A stretch of DNA of 64,000 nucleotides from Anaerolineales bacterium (GCA_030018695.1 JASEHI010000004.1:774-64773); one strand, 5' to 3'. Positions 36,869 through 47,107 are shown, numbered from the stretch's first letter. The notes: generated by a model from the letters alone, not told the origin. Translations and numbers: made by a program.

Positions 36869-37591
36869 TTACAATAACGAATAACCACCATCCACAACGA
36901 TGGTCTGCCCGGTAATATACTCGTTTTTGAGCAGAAATTCGAGGGCGGAGGCGATTTCATTCAGCGAGGCGGGACGTTTCAAAGGCAAACGCTCCACCAG
37001 CCGCTGCCATTCCTCCTCTGAAACCAGGTCGGAAGGCAAGACCAAACCCGGGGCGATGGCATTGACGCGGATCTTGGGCGCCAGCGAACGCGCCTGGAGG
37101 CGGGTCAGCGCCTCGAGCGCCGCTTTACTGACCGTATAGGCGGGAAACCCGCTCCAGGTCTTCTGCGCGCCGACATCGCTCACGTTGACGATCAATCCGC
37201 CAGCCGGCATTCGTTTGGCGGCCTCTTGGGCACAAAGGAACGGGGCGCGCAAGTTCAGGGCGAGGGCCGAGTCGAAATCAGCCGCGGAGAGAGTGCGAAC
37301 ATCGCCGCGCGGCATGAGCGCGGCCGAGTTGACCAGTACTTTCAGCGGATGGGGAAGTTTATCGAGAGTGGAGAACAGAGAGTAGAGATCAGTGGTATTG
37401 GTCAGGTCGGCTTGGACGAGATAGGCAGGCACGCCGAGGGACTGGATTTCAGAAGCGGCCTCGTTTGCATCCTCGACAGACAAGTGATAGTGCAGCAGGA
37501 TGGCATATCCCTGACGAGCCAGCGCGAGCGCAAAGGCACGTCCGAGACGCTGCGCCGCGCCGGTCACCAGGGCAAGCGGAAATTCGAGCAT
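36869..37591 (-). CDS. Short-chain dehydrogenase/reductase (pteridine-reductase-like)
   Basis: ALVTGAAQRLGRAFALALARQGY and YTVSKAAL (YxxxK). Confidence 0.8.
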   Translation of the reverse strand: MLEFPLALVTGAAQRLGRAFALALARQGYAILLHYHLSVEDANEAASEIQSLGVPAYLVQADLTNTTDLYSLFSTLDKLPHPLKVLVNSAALMPRGDVRTLSAADFDSALALNLRAPFLCAQEAAKRMPAGGLIVNVSDVGAQKTWSGFPAYTVSKAALEALTRLQARSLAPKIRVNAIAPGLVLPSDLVSEEEWQRLVERLPLKRPASLNEIASALEFLLKNEYITGQTIVVDGGYSLL

Positions 37592-37599
37592 ATTTATTT

Positions 37600-38559
37600 T
37601 TATTTGCGGAAGAAATTGGATATGAAGAACCAGACATTCGCCGGCCGCTCAGCCAGGCGGCGCATGAAATAAGGATACCAATGCGTTCCATAGGGAACGT
37701 AAATCCGCAGCGGGTAACCCTCCTGTGCGCATTGCTCCTGCAAATCGCGGCGGATGCCAAATAACATTTGGATTTCCAGGGCATTCTTGGGTAACCCGAT
37801 CTTCCCGGCATATTTCTTGGCAAACTGGATGCGTTTGGCGTCATGCGTACCCAGCGCCGGGATGGGTGGGATGCGCCCGTCCGCGCTTATGGTGGGGGAA
37901 CCGGCGGCCAGCGCGGCATCAATCGTGATCTTGGTCAGCAAATCAAAGTTGGCATCCACATCCGCTTTCTTGGGATAGGCGAGTTCAGGCGGCTCCTTGT
38001 ATGCTCCTTTGACCAGGCGAAAGCGCGTATCCTCGGCCAGCAGGGCGCGGGTATCGGCCTCGGTGCGGTAAAGATACGACTGTACGACCATGCCGACGTT
38101 ATTATAGCCTTTCTGACGCATCTGCCGGTAGAGGCGGATGGTCTTGTCCGTATAGGGCGTGTCCTCCATGTCAATGCGGACATAGTTGCTATTCTGCCTG
38201 GCGGCTTCGAGGATACGCTCCAGGTTTTCCGCACACAGTCTCTCGTCCAATGCCAGGCCGATCTGTGTCAGTTTGATGGAGACATTCGAGCGTACTTCAC
38301 AACAACTTATTTGGTTAATGACCTCCAGAATATCCTCTGTTGCTTGTTTTGCCTCTTCGGGCGTCGAGGTATGCTCCCCGAGATGGTCGAGCGTGGCATT
38401 GATCCCCCGGGCGTTGAGTTCGCGCACGACGCGGATCGCGTCCTCGATCTTTTCGCCGGCCACAAAGCGGGAAGCGGCCTTCCAGGCAAACTTCCAGCGG
38501 GTCATTAATTTCTGCGCCCAGTCAGCTTTTGAAAGGTAAATCAGAAAAGAACGAAGCAT
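37600..38559 (-). CDS. Proline dehydrogenase
   Basis: ATLDHLGE, VSIKLTQIGL, VRIDMEDTPYTD, RLVKGAYKEP and VPYGTHWYPYFMRRLAERPANV. The start MLRSFL is preceded by GAGG. Confidence 0.85.
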   Translation of the reverse strand: MLRSFLIYLSKADWAQKLMTRWKFAWKAASRFVAGEKIEDAIRVVRELNARGINATLDHLGEHTSTPEEAKQATEDILEVINQISCCEVRSNVSIKLTQIGLALDERLCAENLERILEAARQNSNYVRIDMEDTPYTDKTIRLYRQMRQKGYNNVGMVVQSYLYRTEADTRALLAEDTRFRLVKGAYKEPPELAYPKKADVDANFDLLTKITIDAALAAGSPTISADGRIPPIPALGTHDAKRIQFAKKYAGKIGLPKNALEIQMLFGIRRDLQEQCAQEGYPLRIYVPYGTHWYPYFMRRLAERPANVWFFISNFFRK

Positions 38560-38690
38560 AGTTGTAACCTCGTTATAGAGAAATTTGGTCGCACAGCTTG
38601 TGTAAGCCTTCACCGATTGTAGCACAATTGCTTTTATATGAGTGTGTTATACTACCGCCTTAGCAACAACCTCGTTCCGCTGGAGGCAAT

Positions 38691-40178
38691 GTGAGAAACC
38701 GCGGCTCTTCCATTTACCTACGCATAGTAACTTTATTCTTCAGCTCGATTGCCATTATCTTGACGGTCATCACGCTTGTACAGTACAGCCGTCTAAGAAG
38801 TAATTATTCGCCTCAAATGGTCATCGCCGGCGTGCCTGTTGGCGGGTTGGACCCGCAAGCGGCCGCCCAACGACTGTTGCAGGTCTATTCCTTACCGGTG
38901 GAAATACATTATGGGGAAGCAATCATCCAACTTGAATCCAATCTGGTCGGTTTTCACCTTGAACTTGAAAGTATGCTCGCCGCGGCTGACATTCAGCGCA
39001 CCGGGGCATCCTTTTGGGTCGGCTTCTGGGACTACTTGTGGAATAGAAAGACAGCGACGTCTGATGTGCCACTGCTCGCCACATATTCGGAAGAACGCCT
39101 GCGCGCCTATTTAAAGGGCGAAATAGCGGCGCGTTACGACCAGCCGCCTATTCCGGCGCAACCCATCCCAGGCAGCACTGAATTCCTGCCCGGCCAGCCA
39201 GGCCAGACAATAGACATTGGCCGCGCGGTAATCCTGATCGAGGGCGCCATGCGTTCTCCCAGTCAGCGCGTCGTTATGCTTGCGCCGGTGCGCACCGCGC
39301 CAGGCCGCCCATCCTTACAAAACCTGCAATTGCTCCTCCAGGGGATCATCGCCCAGAACGGTTTCGACGGGATTGTCGGCATGTACCTGCGCGACCTGCA
39401 AAGCGCGGAAGAGCTGCACTTTGCCTACATGGCCGGCGAGAACCTGCCAGTCAACCCGGATATAGCCTTCACCGCTTCCAGCACGATCAAAATTCCCATC
39501 ATGGTTGCGGCCTTCCGGCGTTTCGATGGCCGATTGGACGAGCAGACTGCCAACCTGATGCTGGACATGATCAAGAAGTCCGAGAACCCTCCTTCGGATG
39601 CACTGATGAGAGTGATAGACGAGGCGCGCGGGCCGTTGGTCGTCTCGGAGACGATGAAGGCCTTGGGGCTGGAAAACACTTTTTTGGCGGGTTATTTCTA
39701 CGAAGGCGCACCGGTTCTGCAAGTCTTCCGCACACCTGCCAATCAGCGCACCGACATAAGCACCGATCCCGATTTTTACAGCCAAACCACTACCTCCGAC
39801 ATCGGAGCGCTTCTGGAAGATATCTATCAATGCGCCCAAACCGGCGGCGGGACACTGTTGGCCGCTTTCCCCGCTCAAATTGACCAGATCTCATGCCAGC
39901 AAATGGTCGAATATCTGAAAGAGGATAAAATCGGGGTCTTGATCCAGGCTGGCGTTCCCGAAGGGACTGCTGTCGCCCACAAACACGGTTGGGTGACCGA
40001 TCCAGGCGGCGTCATCCATAATGTCTCCGACGCGGCCATCGTCTACACCCCCAGTGGAAACTACATCCTGGCCATTTATGTTTACCATCCAACCCAGATC
40101 GTTTGGGATCAGGTCTCCAAAATGTATGCCGATCTTTCCAGGGCAATTTACAATTATTTCAACCTGCCCGCGCGATAA
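38691..40178 (+). CDS. Membrane-anchored class-A beta-lactamase-related serine hydrolase
   Basis: N-terminal TM segment, SxxK box ASSTIKIPIM, and a late HKHGW (KTG-like position). Confidence 0.6.
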   Translation: MRNRGSSIYLRIVTLFFSSIAIILTVITLVQYSRLRSNYSPQMVIAGVPVGGLDPQAAAQRLLQVYSLPVEIHYGEAIIQLESNLVGFHLELESMLAAADIQRTGASFWVGFWDYLWNRKTATSDVPLLATYSEERLRAYLKGEIAARYDQPPIPAQPIPGSTEFLPGQPGQTIDIGRAVILIEGAMRSPSQRVVMLAPVRTAPGRPSLQNLQLLLQGIIAQNGFDGIVGMYLRDLQSAEELHFAYMAGENLPVNPDIAFTASSTIKIPIMVAAFRRFDGRLDEQTANLMLDMIKKSENPPSDALMRVIDEARGPLVVSETMKALGLENTFLAGYFYEGAPVLQVFRTPANQRTDISTDPDFYSQTTTSDIGALLEDIYQCAQTGGGTLLAAFPAQIDQISCQQMVEYLKEDKIGVLIQAGVPEGTAVAHKHGWVTDPGGVIHNVSDAAIVYTPSGNYILAIYVYHPTQIVWDQVSKMYADLSRAIYNYFNLPAR

Positions 40179-40195
40179 GACAATATAATCAAGAC

Positions 40196-40897
40196 ATGAA
40201 CCAAACCTTGAGCCTCTACCGTCTTCAACAGACCGACAGCCAGACTACCCGGGCGCTGACCCGCCTGCAGGCCATCCAGGAAATATTGGAGAACGATGAG
40301 GCCCTTCGAGTGGCGCGCGAGCAGGCCGAGGCCGCAGAAAAGAACCGCTTGTCCGCCGAACGGAGTCTCCGTCAAGCCGAGGCGGCAGTCCGCGGCCAGC
40401 AGATAAAAATCGAGCAGACAGAAGCCAGCCTGTACGGCGGCCAGATCCACAACCCCAAAGAACTCCAGGAACTGCAAAACGAAGCGGCGGCGCTCAAGCG
40501 CTATCTAGCCACACTCGAAGATCGCCAACTGGAAGCCATGCTTGCCGACGAGGAGGCCGAGGCTGCTCACCTCGCGGCGCAGGCAACCCTTCAGGGCACC
40601 CAGTCCGGCTTGAACGAACGAAACCGAAGCCTCAGCCAGGAACAGGCCAGCCTGCAGAGAGAGATCGAAAAATTTGATGCGGAAAGGCAGGCGATCGCCA
40701 ACGCCATCCCCGCCGAATACATCGAGACCTACAACCGACTCCGCCAACAGCGCGGGGGCGTGGCTGTCGCGGGGATTTCGGATAGCACCTGCGCGGCTTG
40801 CGGATCAGGCCTGACGCCCGCGCAGCAGCAAGCGGCTCGTTCTGCCGCCCAAATTGCGCATTGCCCCTCCTGTGGGCGCATACTATACGGCAGCTAG
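40196..40897 (+). CDS. Coiled-coil zinc-ribbon protein (COG1579-like)
   Basis: Long heptad-rich region followed by CAACGSG...HCPSCGRILY. The start is MNQTLSLYRLQ. Confidence 0.65.
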   Translation: MNQTLSLYRLQQTDSQTTRALTRLQAIQEILENDEALRVAREQAEAAEKNRLSAERSLRQAEAAVRGQQIKIEQTEASLYGGQIHNPKELQELQNEAAALKRYLATLEDRQLEAMLADEEAEAAHLAAQATLQGTQSGLNERNRSLSQEQASLQREIEKFDAERQAIANAIPAEYIETYNRLRQQRGGVAVAGISDSTCAACGSGLTPAQQQAARSAAQIAHCPSCGRILYGS

Positions 40898-40905
40898 AGT
40901 ATCTT

Positions 40906-43554
40906 ATGCAGTTCCGCTTTCCCGATATTGATCGCATCTCTTTTTGGATCGGCGTTCTCAGCGCGACTGTTTTTTGGTGGATCTTCGCCGCGATCCGGCC
41001 TTTATTCGCGCAAGCTCTTCAGAATCTGAAGGTCAAACGGAAAGAGAAGAAAGAAAAATCACGCCGCGCCAACCCCATCGAGGAGCGCTACCGGCAAATG
41101 ATCCTACAACAGGCGCAGGGACTTCACCTGGCTGCAGCGCTCTGCTCGTTGGATGAAATCCTGATTCCGCCGGCCCTGCTCATTCCGCCGGCGCGCCTCG
41201 CAAGCGGCGCATCCGCATCCACGGAAGACATCCTCCATCTCGCCGTACCTTATCTGCCGGGCTGGCCGGAGTTGGCAGCTATTTATCACGCGCCGACAAT
41301 GCCTCTCTCCCAAGCGCTGTCGGGAGGCTCAGACCTGGTTTTGGTGGGGCACCCAGGCTGCGGGAAGACCGTCGCCCTGGCGCAGCTTGCCTCCCAGGTC
41401 GCGCGCCGGGAGCCGTCTTCCGGCCTGCCGGTTGATTGCCTGCCCTTCCTCCTCCACGTTGCCGACCTGGATCTGCCTTTGAAAAACCCGGTTGCATTGC
41501 TCAACCCAATAATCGAGATGCTTGAGGAGCGCGCGTCACTCATTGACCTGCCGCGACTGGCGAATTTCATTCGACAGGCCTTTCGTGAAGGGCGCGCCCT
41601 TCTCCTCCTGGATGGGCTGGATGAACTTCCACCAGAAGAAATAAAAGCCGCGGCCGATTACCTTAATCAGCTCAAACAGGCTTATCCCGCGACGCGCCTC
41701 GTCACGACTGCCTGTCCAGAATGCCTGCCGAGTAGGTGCTGCGCAGACGGGCTGCTGGACTTGAATTTCATCCCCTTCAGCGTGGCAGCCTGGAATTCCA
41801 ACCAGCGCGCCGAATTCCTGGATAAATGGAGCGAACTCTGGTCGCGCTACGTGGCCGGCGAAGGCTGGGCGCAGCCAGTGGAGCCGCTGCTGCTCAACTC
41901 ATGGCTGAATGCGGACAAGGTCAGCCTGACGCCGCTCGAGTTGACTCTCCAGGCCTGGGCAGCTTACGCCGGCGACGTGCGCGGGCCGCGTCCGCTGGAC
42001 GGTATCCAGGCCCACATCCGCCGCTTGACCCCTGCGGACACACCCGCGGCAGCGCTGGAATTGCTCGCCCTGCAAATCAACCTGGCTCAAAAACCAGTCT
42101 TCGATCCCCGCCAGGCGCGCGAGTGGATAAAGTCGTATGATGCCCCGTTGGGGTATGATGCCCCGTTGGGGTATGAACCGGCCGAAAGCGATACGAGCGA
42201 TGAAAGCAGTGAGCCCGGAAAGAGTCGCCAGGCGCGCCGAGTAGGCGCTGCCCTGAGCCTGTCGAAGGGTGCTGCGCATAAACAGGAGAAAGCCGCCTCC
42301 AAGCCAGGCGTCCTTGAGAAGATGGCCGCCAGCGGGATGCTCAGCCAACACCGCAAGGATCAGATGCGCTTCACGCATCCGCTCTTCGCCGGCTTCCTGG
42401 GCGGAAAAGCGCTGGTCAATTACCGCACTGAGATGATCCTGGAACAACCAAACTGGAGCGGCAAGCAGCTCGCTTTACTATACCTGGCCGCCCACCGCGA
42501 TGTGACCGCGCTGGCCGAATGCCTGACCGCGACCCCTGAACGCCCTCTGGAGGGCAAATTGCTGGCAGTTGCGCGTTGGCTGCGCCAGTCTCCCAGCCAA
42601 TTTCCCTCCCGCAAGGACACACCTGCACTTGCAGCAGGTGCAAGTGTCGGGACGATGTGGCGTGGGCAAGTCATGGCAAAGCTGGCCGGTCTCCTGCAAG
42701 AAAACGACCTGCCCCTCGCTCTGCGCGGTCAGGCTCTGGCTGCGCTTGTTCAAAGCCAGGACCCAGGTACAGCCGCCCTTTTCCGCCAGCTCCTCAAGGC
42801 GGCCGCGCCTGAAGTCATCCAATTGGCTGCGCTCGGAAGCGGGGCGATCCAGGATAACAAGGCTGTCGAAGATCTGGCCGATCTACTCAACGATCCCAGC
42901 CCCAATGTCCAACGGGCTGCCTGCCTGGGATTGACAGCCATCGGTACGACGCCGGCGATTGATTGCGTCGGCTCGGCCCTGCTGCACGGAAACGAAAACT
43001 TGCGCCGCTACGCCGCCGAAGCTTTGGCAAATCATCCCCAGGACGGTCAAGCCATGCTCAAAGAAGGCGCGACAGTCAATGATCTGCTCGTCCGTCATGC
43101 GGTGGTCTATGGGTTGGGGCGTGTCGGCCAGCCCTGGACCGACGAATTGTTAGCCATAATGCAGGTGGAAGACAAAGAATGGATTGTGCGCGCCTCTGCC
43201 ACTGAAGTATTGGAAAACCGGCAACTTGCGCGCGCCTATCTCCCTTCACCGTTGCCGCCGCCTTCCGAATCTCCCTGGCTGATCGCTTTTGCTGGCAAGC
43301 AAGGTATGGGCATATCGCCTGGCAAACCCGCCACCGATCTCTTGCTTATGGCTTTGAAAAATGGCCGCGAAGAAGAACAAATCTCATCTCTGGCTTACCT
43401 GCGCCAGCGCCCAAACGAAGAAGTGCTAAGCGCGCTATATCAAGGTATGTACGGCGGCGATGCCACGCTGCGGGAAGCCATTTTCCATGTTCTGTGGGAA
43501 CTGGAAGCCAGCGGCGTGCCTCTGCCGGATCCTCGTCAATTTGGAGTAGGATAA
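40906..43554 (+). CDS. NACHT-type P-loop NTPase with C-terminal HEAT repeats
   Basis: LVGHPGCGKTVALAQL (Walker A) and ALLLLDGLDEL (Walker B). The C-terminal HEAT/PBS-lyase-like repeats include NVQRAACLGLTAIG and NLRRYAAEALANH. It contains three in-frame repeat insertions. Confidence 0.75.
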   Translation: MQFRFPDIDRISFWIGVLSATVFWWIFAAIRPLFAQALQNLKVKRKEKKEKSRRANPIEERYRQMILQQAQGLHLAAALCSLDEILIPPALLIPPARLASGASASTEDILHLAVPYLPGWPELAAIYHAPTMPLSQALSGGSDLVLVGHPGCGKTVALAQLASQVARREPSSGLPVDCLPFLLHVADLDLPLKNPVALLNPIIEMLEERASLIDLPRLANFIRQAFREGRALLLLDGLDELPPEEIKAAADYLNQLKQAYPATRLVTTACPECLPSRCCADGLLDLNFIPFSVAAWNSNQRAEFLDKWSELWSRYVAGEGWAQPVEPLLLNSWLNADKVSLTPLELTLQAWAAYAGDVRGPRPLDGIQAHIRRLTPADTPAAALELLALQINLAQKPVFDPRQAREWIKSYDAPLGYDAPLGYEPAESDTSDESSEPGKSRQARRVGAALSLSKGAAHKQEKAASKPGVLEKMAASGMLSQHRKDQMRFTHPLFAGFLGGKALVNYRTEMILEQPNWSGKQLALLYLAAHRDVTALAECLTATPERPLEGKLLAVARWLRQSPSQFPSRKDTPALAAGASVGTMWRGQVMAKLAGLLQENDLPLALRGQALAALVQSQDPGTAALFRQLLKAAAPEVIQLAALGSGAIQDNKAVEDLADLLNDPSPNVQRAACLGLTAIGTTPAIDCVGSALLHGNENLRRYAAEALANHPQDGQAMLKEGATVNDLLVRHAVVYGLGRVGQPWTDELLAIMQVEDKEWIVRASATEVLENRQLARAYLPSPLPPPSESPWLIAFAGKQGMGISPGKPATDLLLMALKNGREEEQISSLAYLRQRPNEEVLSALYQGMYGGDATLREAIFHVLWELEASGVPLPDPRQFGVG
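42232..42283. repeat. 52-bp interspersed element, copy 2, in frame in the NACHT-HEAT ORF
   Basis: See 17516-17567. Confidence 0.8.
42618..42647. repeat. 30-bp element CACACCTGCACTTGCNGCAGGTGCAAGTGT (interleaved complementary arms), in frame
   Basis: It is the reverse complement of 9613-9643, which lies inside the group II intron. Confidence 0.8.
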
Positions 43555-44991
43555 ATGCTTATCACCAACGCCACGCTGATTACCTGGGAAAAAGAGAACC
43601 GCATCCTGCCCGGCCACGCGCTGTACATCGAAGATGGCCTCATCGCTGACAGCGGCCCCAACTCGTTACTCGTTACCCGTTACCCGGATGCTGAACACCT
43701 CGACGCTGGCGGCCAACTGGTAATGCCCGGCAACATCTGTGCGCACACCCACTTCTACGGGGCATTTGCGCGCGGCATGGCCATCCCAGGCGAAGCCCCG
43801 GCTGACTTCAAAGAAATCCTGCAAAAACTATGGTGGCCACTGGATAAATCCCTTACCTCAGAAGATGTGCGCTATTCGGCCCTGGTCTGCCTGATTGATG
43901 CGCTAAAACACGGCGTCACCACGCTGTTTGATCACCACGCCTCCCCAAACGCCATAGACGGCTCATTGGACGTGATCGCCGAAGCCGTAGAGCAGGCTGG
44001 AGTCCGCGCGGTGCTGTGCTACGAAGTCACCGACCGGGATGGGCCGGAGAAGGCGAGGGCGGGAATCGAAGAAAACGTACGCTTTATCGAGAAGTGTTCA
44101 GTGAGCAGTGATCAGTTTTCAGTGAGCAGTAAGCAGGAGGCAGGAGGCAGGAGGCAGGCGCTGGTCGCCGCGATGTTCGGCCTCCACGCTCCGCTGACGC
44201 TCTCGAATAAAACACTCGAGGCCTGTCGCGCCGCAGTTCCCGAGGAAGTCGGATTTCACATTCACGTCGCCGAATCCAGCGATGATGGCTACGCCATGTT
44301 CGAGAACGATACCGGCATAGCCTTTCCGGTGGACTGGCTGAACAAACATGGCATCCTCGGCCCCAAAAGCATCGTCGCCCACGCCATCCACGTGGACGAA
44401 TACGAAATGGATCAACTCGCCGAAACCGAAACGTGGGTCACGCACCAGCCGCGCTCGAATATGAACAACGCCGTTGGCGTGGCGGATGTGGAACAAATGC
44501 TGGAGAAAGGCATCCGCGTCTGCCTGGGCAATGACGGCTTTTCCAATGCCATGTGGGAGGAGTGGAAAGCGGCCTACCTGCTGCATAAATCGCATCACGG
44601 CGATCCGCGCCGCATGAACGGCAGCACCGTTGTCGAGATGGCGGTCTATAACAACGCCGCGCTGGCAAGCCTGTATTTTCCCGCAGCCCCGCTCGGCGTC
44701 ATCGCGCCGGGGGCAGCCGCTGACCTCATTTTCGTGGATTACCACTCCCCTACTCCCTTATCCCCTGAGAATTTGCCCTGGCACATCCTTTTCGGCTTCC
44801 GGGATGGCATGGTGACGACCACCATCGTCAACGGTCAAATCCTGATGGAGGACCGCCAATTGCTGACGTTGGACGAGGCCGAGATCGCCGCGCGGGCGCG
44901 GGAACTCGCGCCGGGGGTGTGGGAGCGCTACGACCAGCAACGTTCAAACTGGAGAAAATATGGATGTCATTCTGAAATTCATTCAGGATAA
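43555..44991 (+). CDS. SsnA-like amidohydrolase (aminohydrolase/chlorohydrolase family)
   Basis: CAHTHFYGAFARGMAIPGEAPADFKEILQKLWWPLD, and HVAES. It carries an in-frame heptamer insert at 44097-44158. Confidence 0.75.
   Translation: MLITNATLITWEKENRILPGHALYIEDGLIADSGPNSLLVTRYPDAEHLDAGGQLVMPGNICAHTHFYGAFARGMAIPGEAPADFKEILQKLWWPLDKSLTSEDVRYSALVCLIDALKHGVTTLFDHHASPNAIDGSLDVIAEAVEQAGVRAVLCYEVTDRDGPEKARAGIEENVRFIEKCSVSSDQFSVSSKQEAGGRRQALVAAMFGLHAPLTLSNKTLEACRAAVPEEVGFHIHVAESSDDGYAMFENDTGIAFPVDWLNKHGILGPKSIVAHAIHVDEYEMDQLAETETWVTHQPRSNMNNAVGVADVEQMLEKGIRVCLGNDGFSNAMWEEWKAAYLLHKSHHGDPRRMNGSTVVEMAVYNNAALASLYFPAAPLGVIAPGAAADLIFVDYHSPTPLSPENLPWHILFGFRDGMVTTTIVNGQILMEDRQLLTLDEAEIAARARELAPGVWERYDQQRSNWRKYGCHSEIHSG
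44097..44158. repeat. Heptamer tract (TCAGTGA GCAGTGA TCAGTTT TCAGTGA GCAGTAA GCAGGAG GCAGGAG GCAGGAG...) inside the ssnA-like ORF
   Basis: Direct reading. It encodes SVSSDQFSVSSKQEAGGRRQ. Confidence 0.75.
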
Positions 44992-47107
44992 CAAAGACAC
45001 CCTGGGCTTCCTCTTTGGGTCGGGCGTCCTGCTGGCGCTGCTTGGCCTGCTGGCGCGCGGCATCGTCTGGTTCGTTCGTGGGCAACGGGCGCGGCATGTG
45101 CGCGCAGACACCTTCCCCTTCGACATTATCCCGCCCAACAGTGACGTGCCCCGCGCCCTCCTCGGCGGCGAGGACAAAGACCCGCTCGCCGACCGCAATA
45201 TCCCGTACCAGAGCCGCCTCAGCCGGCGCAACATCCGCCGCGAACTGGAAGACGCGCTCGAAGAACACCGCTGGGCGCTGATCCTGAGCCGCAGCGGCCT
45301 GGGCAAGACGCGCGAGGCGGTTCACGTCCTGCAGAGCCTGAACAACGAAGGCTGGACAATTTTATACTTCAACAAAGAACGCGCGTACTGGCTGGACGCC
45401 CCCGCACATCTTCCGCCGCAAATTGCCAGATTGCGCAAAGTTCTCTTTTTCTTCGATGACCTCAACCGGTTGACCTATGCAGGACGCCTGGAACAATCCC
45501 CGCGTGCTGGCGATCCGCTCCAATCGCTCACCGTACCGTTTCAAGAACGTCTTCGCCGCGCCATGGAAACCTACGAAACCCTGTGCGGCGGCAAAGGCTA
45601 TGTGCGGCTCCTTGCCACCGCGCGGGATGAAAAGACGCCCGATGCGCCCGCCGAACCCAGCCCGTGGGAAAAACTGGCTTGGGAGAAATACCCTTCCCTG
45701 TGGAAAAACTTTACCGTTTACCACTTACCCGAACCCGAAGATGACGCCCTGCAGCGCACCCTCGCTGAAAACGCAGAAAAAGCGGGGATTTCAGTCAACC
45801 CCGACGACCTGCCGCGCCTGGTCCGCCGCAGTGAATGCACTTTTGTCAACATCATCGAAAACTTGCGCACGGCGCGGCGCGAGAATCGAGCGTTAAACGT
45901 AGAAACCTTCAAAGACACGATGAAAGGCAACTGGGAAAGCCGCTATCGGAGAGCGGTGGAGCGCCATCCCGCCGCCGCGCCGCTGATCTACGACGCCGTG
46001 AATCTGCTCCGTTCCGCGAACATCGCCCTCACCCCGCTGACCGTCTGGCTGACGGTCTGGATCCTGGCAAAAGGCAACTGGCTGAACAAGACCTGGCGCT
46101 GGGCACGCAGCCGCGCCGCGCTGGACGATCTGATTCGCAGCGAAGACCACCTCCTGCACCCGCGCGATGGACAAATCGAAGCCAAAGGCACGTCGCTGGA
46201 CTGGCCACCCTATGCCGCTTCCCTGACGCGCCTGATTCTGCTCCTCACCCGAGTGCGCCGCGGCGCGATGCTGGGCTCGCTCTACACTTTCGGCGCGACG
46301 CTCTACGACGCCAGGGAATATAAACTATTAGCCGTGTTGATGAAACGCGGCACCGAGATCGCGCTAGCGGAGGCAGGCCTTTGGAACAATCTCGGGGTAG
46401 TCTATTCTGCTCTCGGCCGCAGCGACGAGGCCATCGCCGAATTCCAAAAAGCCATCCAACTCGACCCCAAACTCGCCCATCCCCACAACGGCCTGGGCAA
46501 TGTGTATCCCGACCTCGGCCGCAGCGACGACGCCATCGCCGAATTCCAAAAAGCCATCCAACTCGACCCGCAAGACGCCGCGCCTTACTACGGCCTGGGC
46601 AATGTGTACTACGACCTGAAACGCTACGATGACGCCCTCGCCGCCAACCAGCGCGCCATCCAACTCGACCCGAACAATCCTTACGCACACAACAACCTTG
46701 CTGGCGAATACGTGAAGCAGCGCCGCTTTGACGATGCTCGCCATGAATTGAACGAGCGCATCCGCCTGAAGCCCGATAACGCCCTTGCGCCGTTGGTCAC
46801 GCTGGGCATTCTCGCCCGCCATCAGGGTCTCGCCGAGAGCGACGACCATTTCCGCCGCGCCCTGGCGCAGTGGGACGCCGCCTGGCGCGAGAAGCTGCAA
46901 ACGCCCGCAGGCTTGCTGGAAAACAAAGCCGAAGCTCTGCTCTGCCTGGGGCGCAAAGAGGAAGCGTTGCAAACACTGCAAGAGGCTATCGCGCAGATGT
47001 TGCCAGGCGATACAATTGAGTTCGATGAGTATGAATTGTTGCGCACCGCGCCCGACCCGCCCGAAGGGATTGACGAAATAATCGCGCTGCTGAAATCGGC
47101 AACGTAA
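44960..47107 (+). CDS. Membrane-anchored P-loop-like NTPase with C-terminal TPR repeats
   Basis: N-terminal TM segment LGFLFGSGVLLALLGLLARGIVWF. SRSGLGKTREA (Walker-A-like) and VLFFFDDLN (Walker-B-like). At least 5 TPR units, two of them nearly identical at the DNA level. Confidence 0.65.
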   Translation: MDVILKFIQDNKDTLGFLFGSGVLLALLGLLARGIVWFVRGQRARHVRADTFPFDIIPPNSDVPRALLGGEDKDPLADRNIPYQSRLSRRNIRRELEDALEEHRWALILSRSGLGKTREAVHVLQSLNNEGWTILYFNKERAYWLDAPAHLPPQIARLRKVLFFFDDLNRLTYAGRLEQSPRAGDPLQSLTVPFQERLRRAMETYETLCGGKGYVRLLATARDEKTPDAPAEPSPWEKLAWEKYPSLWKNFTVYHLPEPEDDALQRTLAENAEKAGISVNPDDLPRLVRRSECTFVNIIENLRTARRENRALNVETFKDTMKGNWESRYRRAVERHPAAAPLIYDAVNLLRSANIALTPLTVWLTVWILAKGNWLNKTWRWARSRAALDDLIRSEDHLLHPRDGQIEAKGTSLDWPPYAASLTRLILLLTRVRRGAMLGSLYTFGATLYDAREYKLLAVLMKRGTEIALAEAGLWNNLGVVYSALGRSDEAIAEFQKAIQLDPKLAHPHNGLGNVYPDLGRSDDAIAEFQKAIQLDPQDAAPYYGLGNVYYDLKRYDDALAANQRAIQLDPNNPYAHNNLAGEYVKQRRFDDARHELNERIRLKPDNALAPLVTLGILARHQGLAESDDHFRRALAQWDAAWREKLQTPAGLLENKAEALLCLGRKEEALQTLQEAIAQMLPGDTIEFDEYELLRTAPDPPEGIDEIIALLKSAT

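Noticed and set aside
46380-46680. Near-identical DNA repeats in the TPR gene as an independent repeat element
   Set aside because: They correspond exactly to successive 34-aa TPR modules in frame. This is intragenic module duplication, not an interspersed element.
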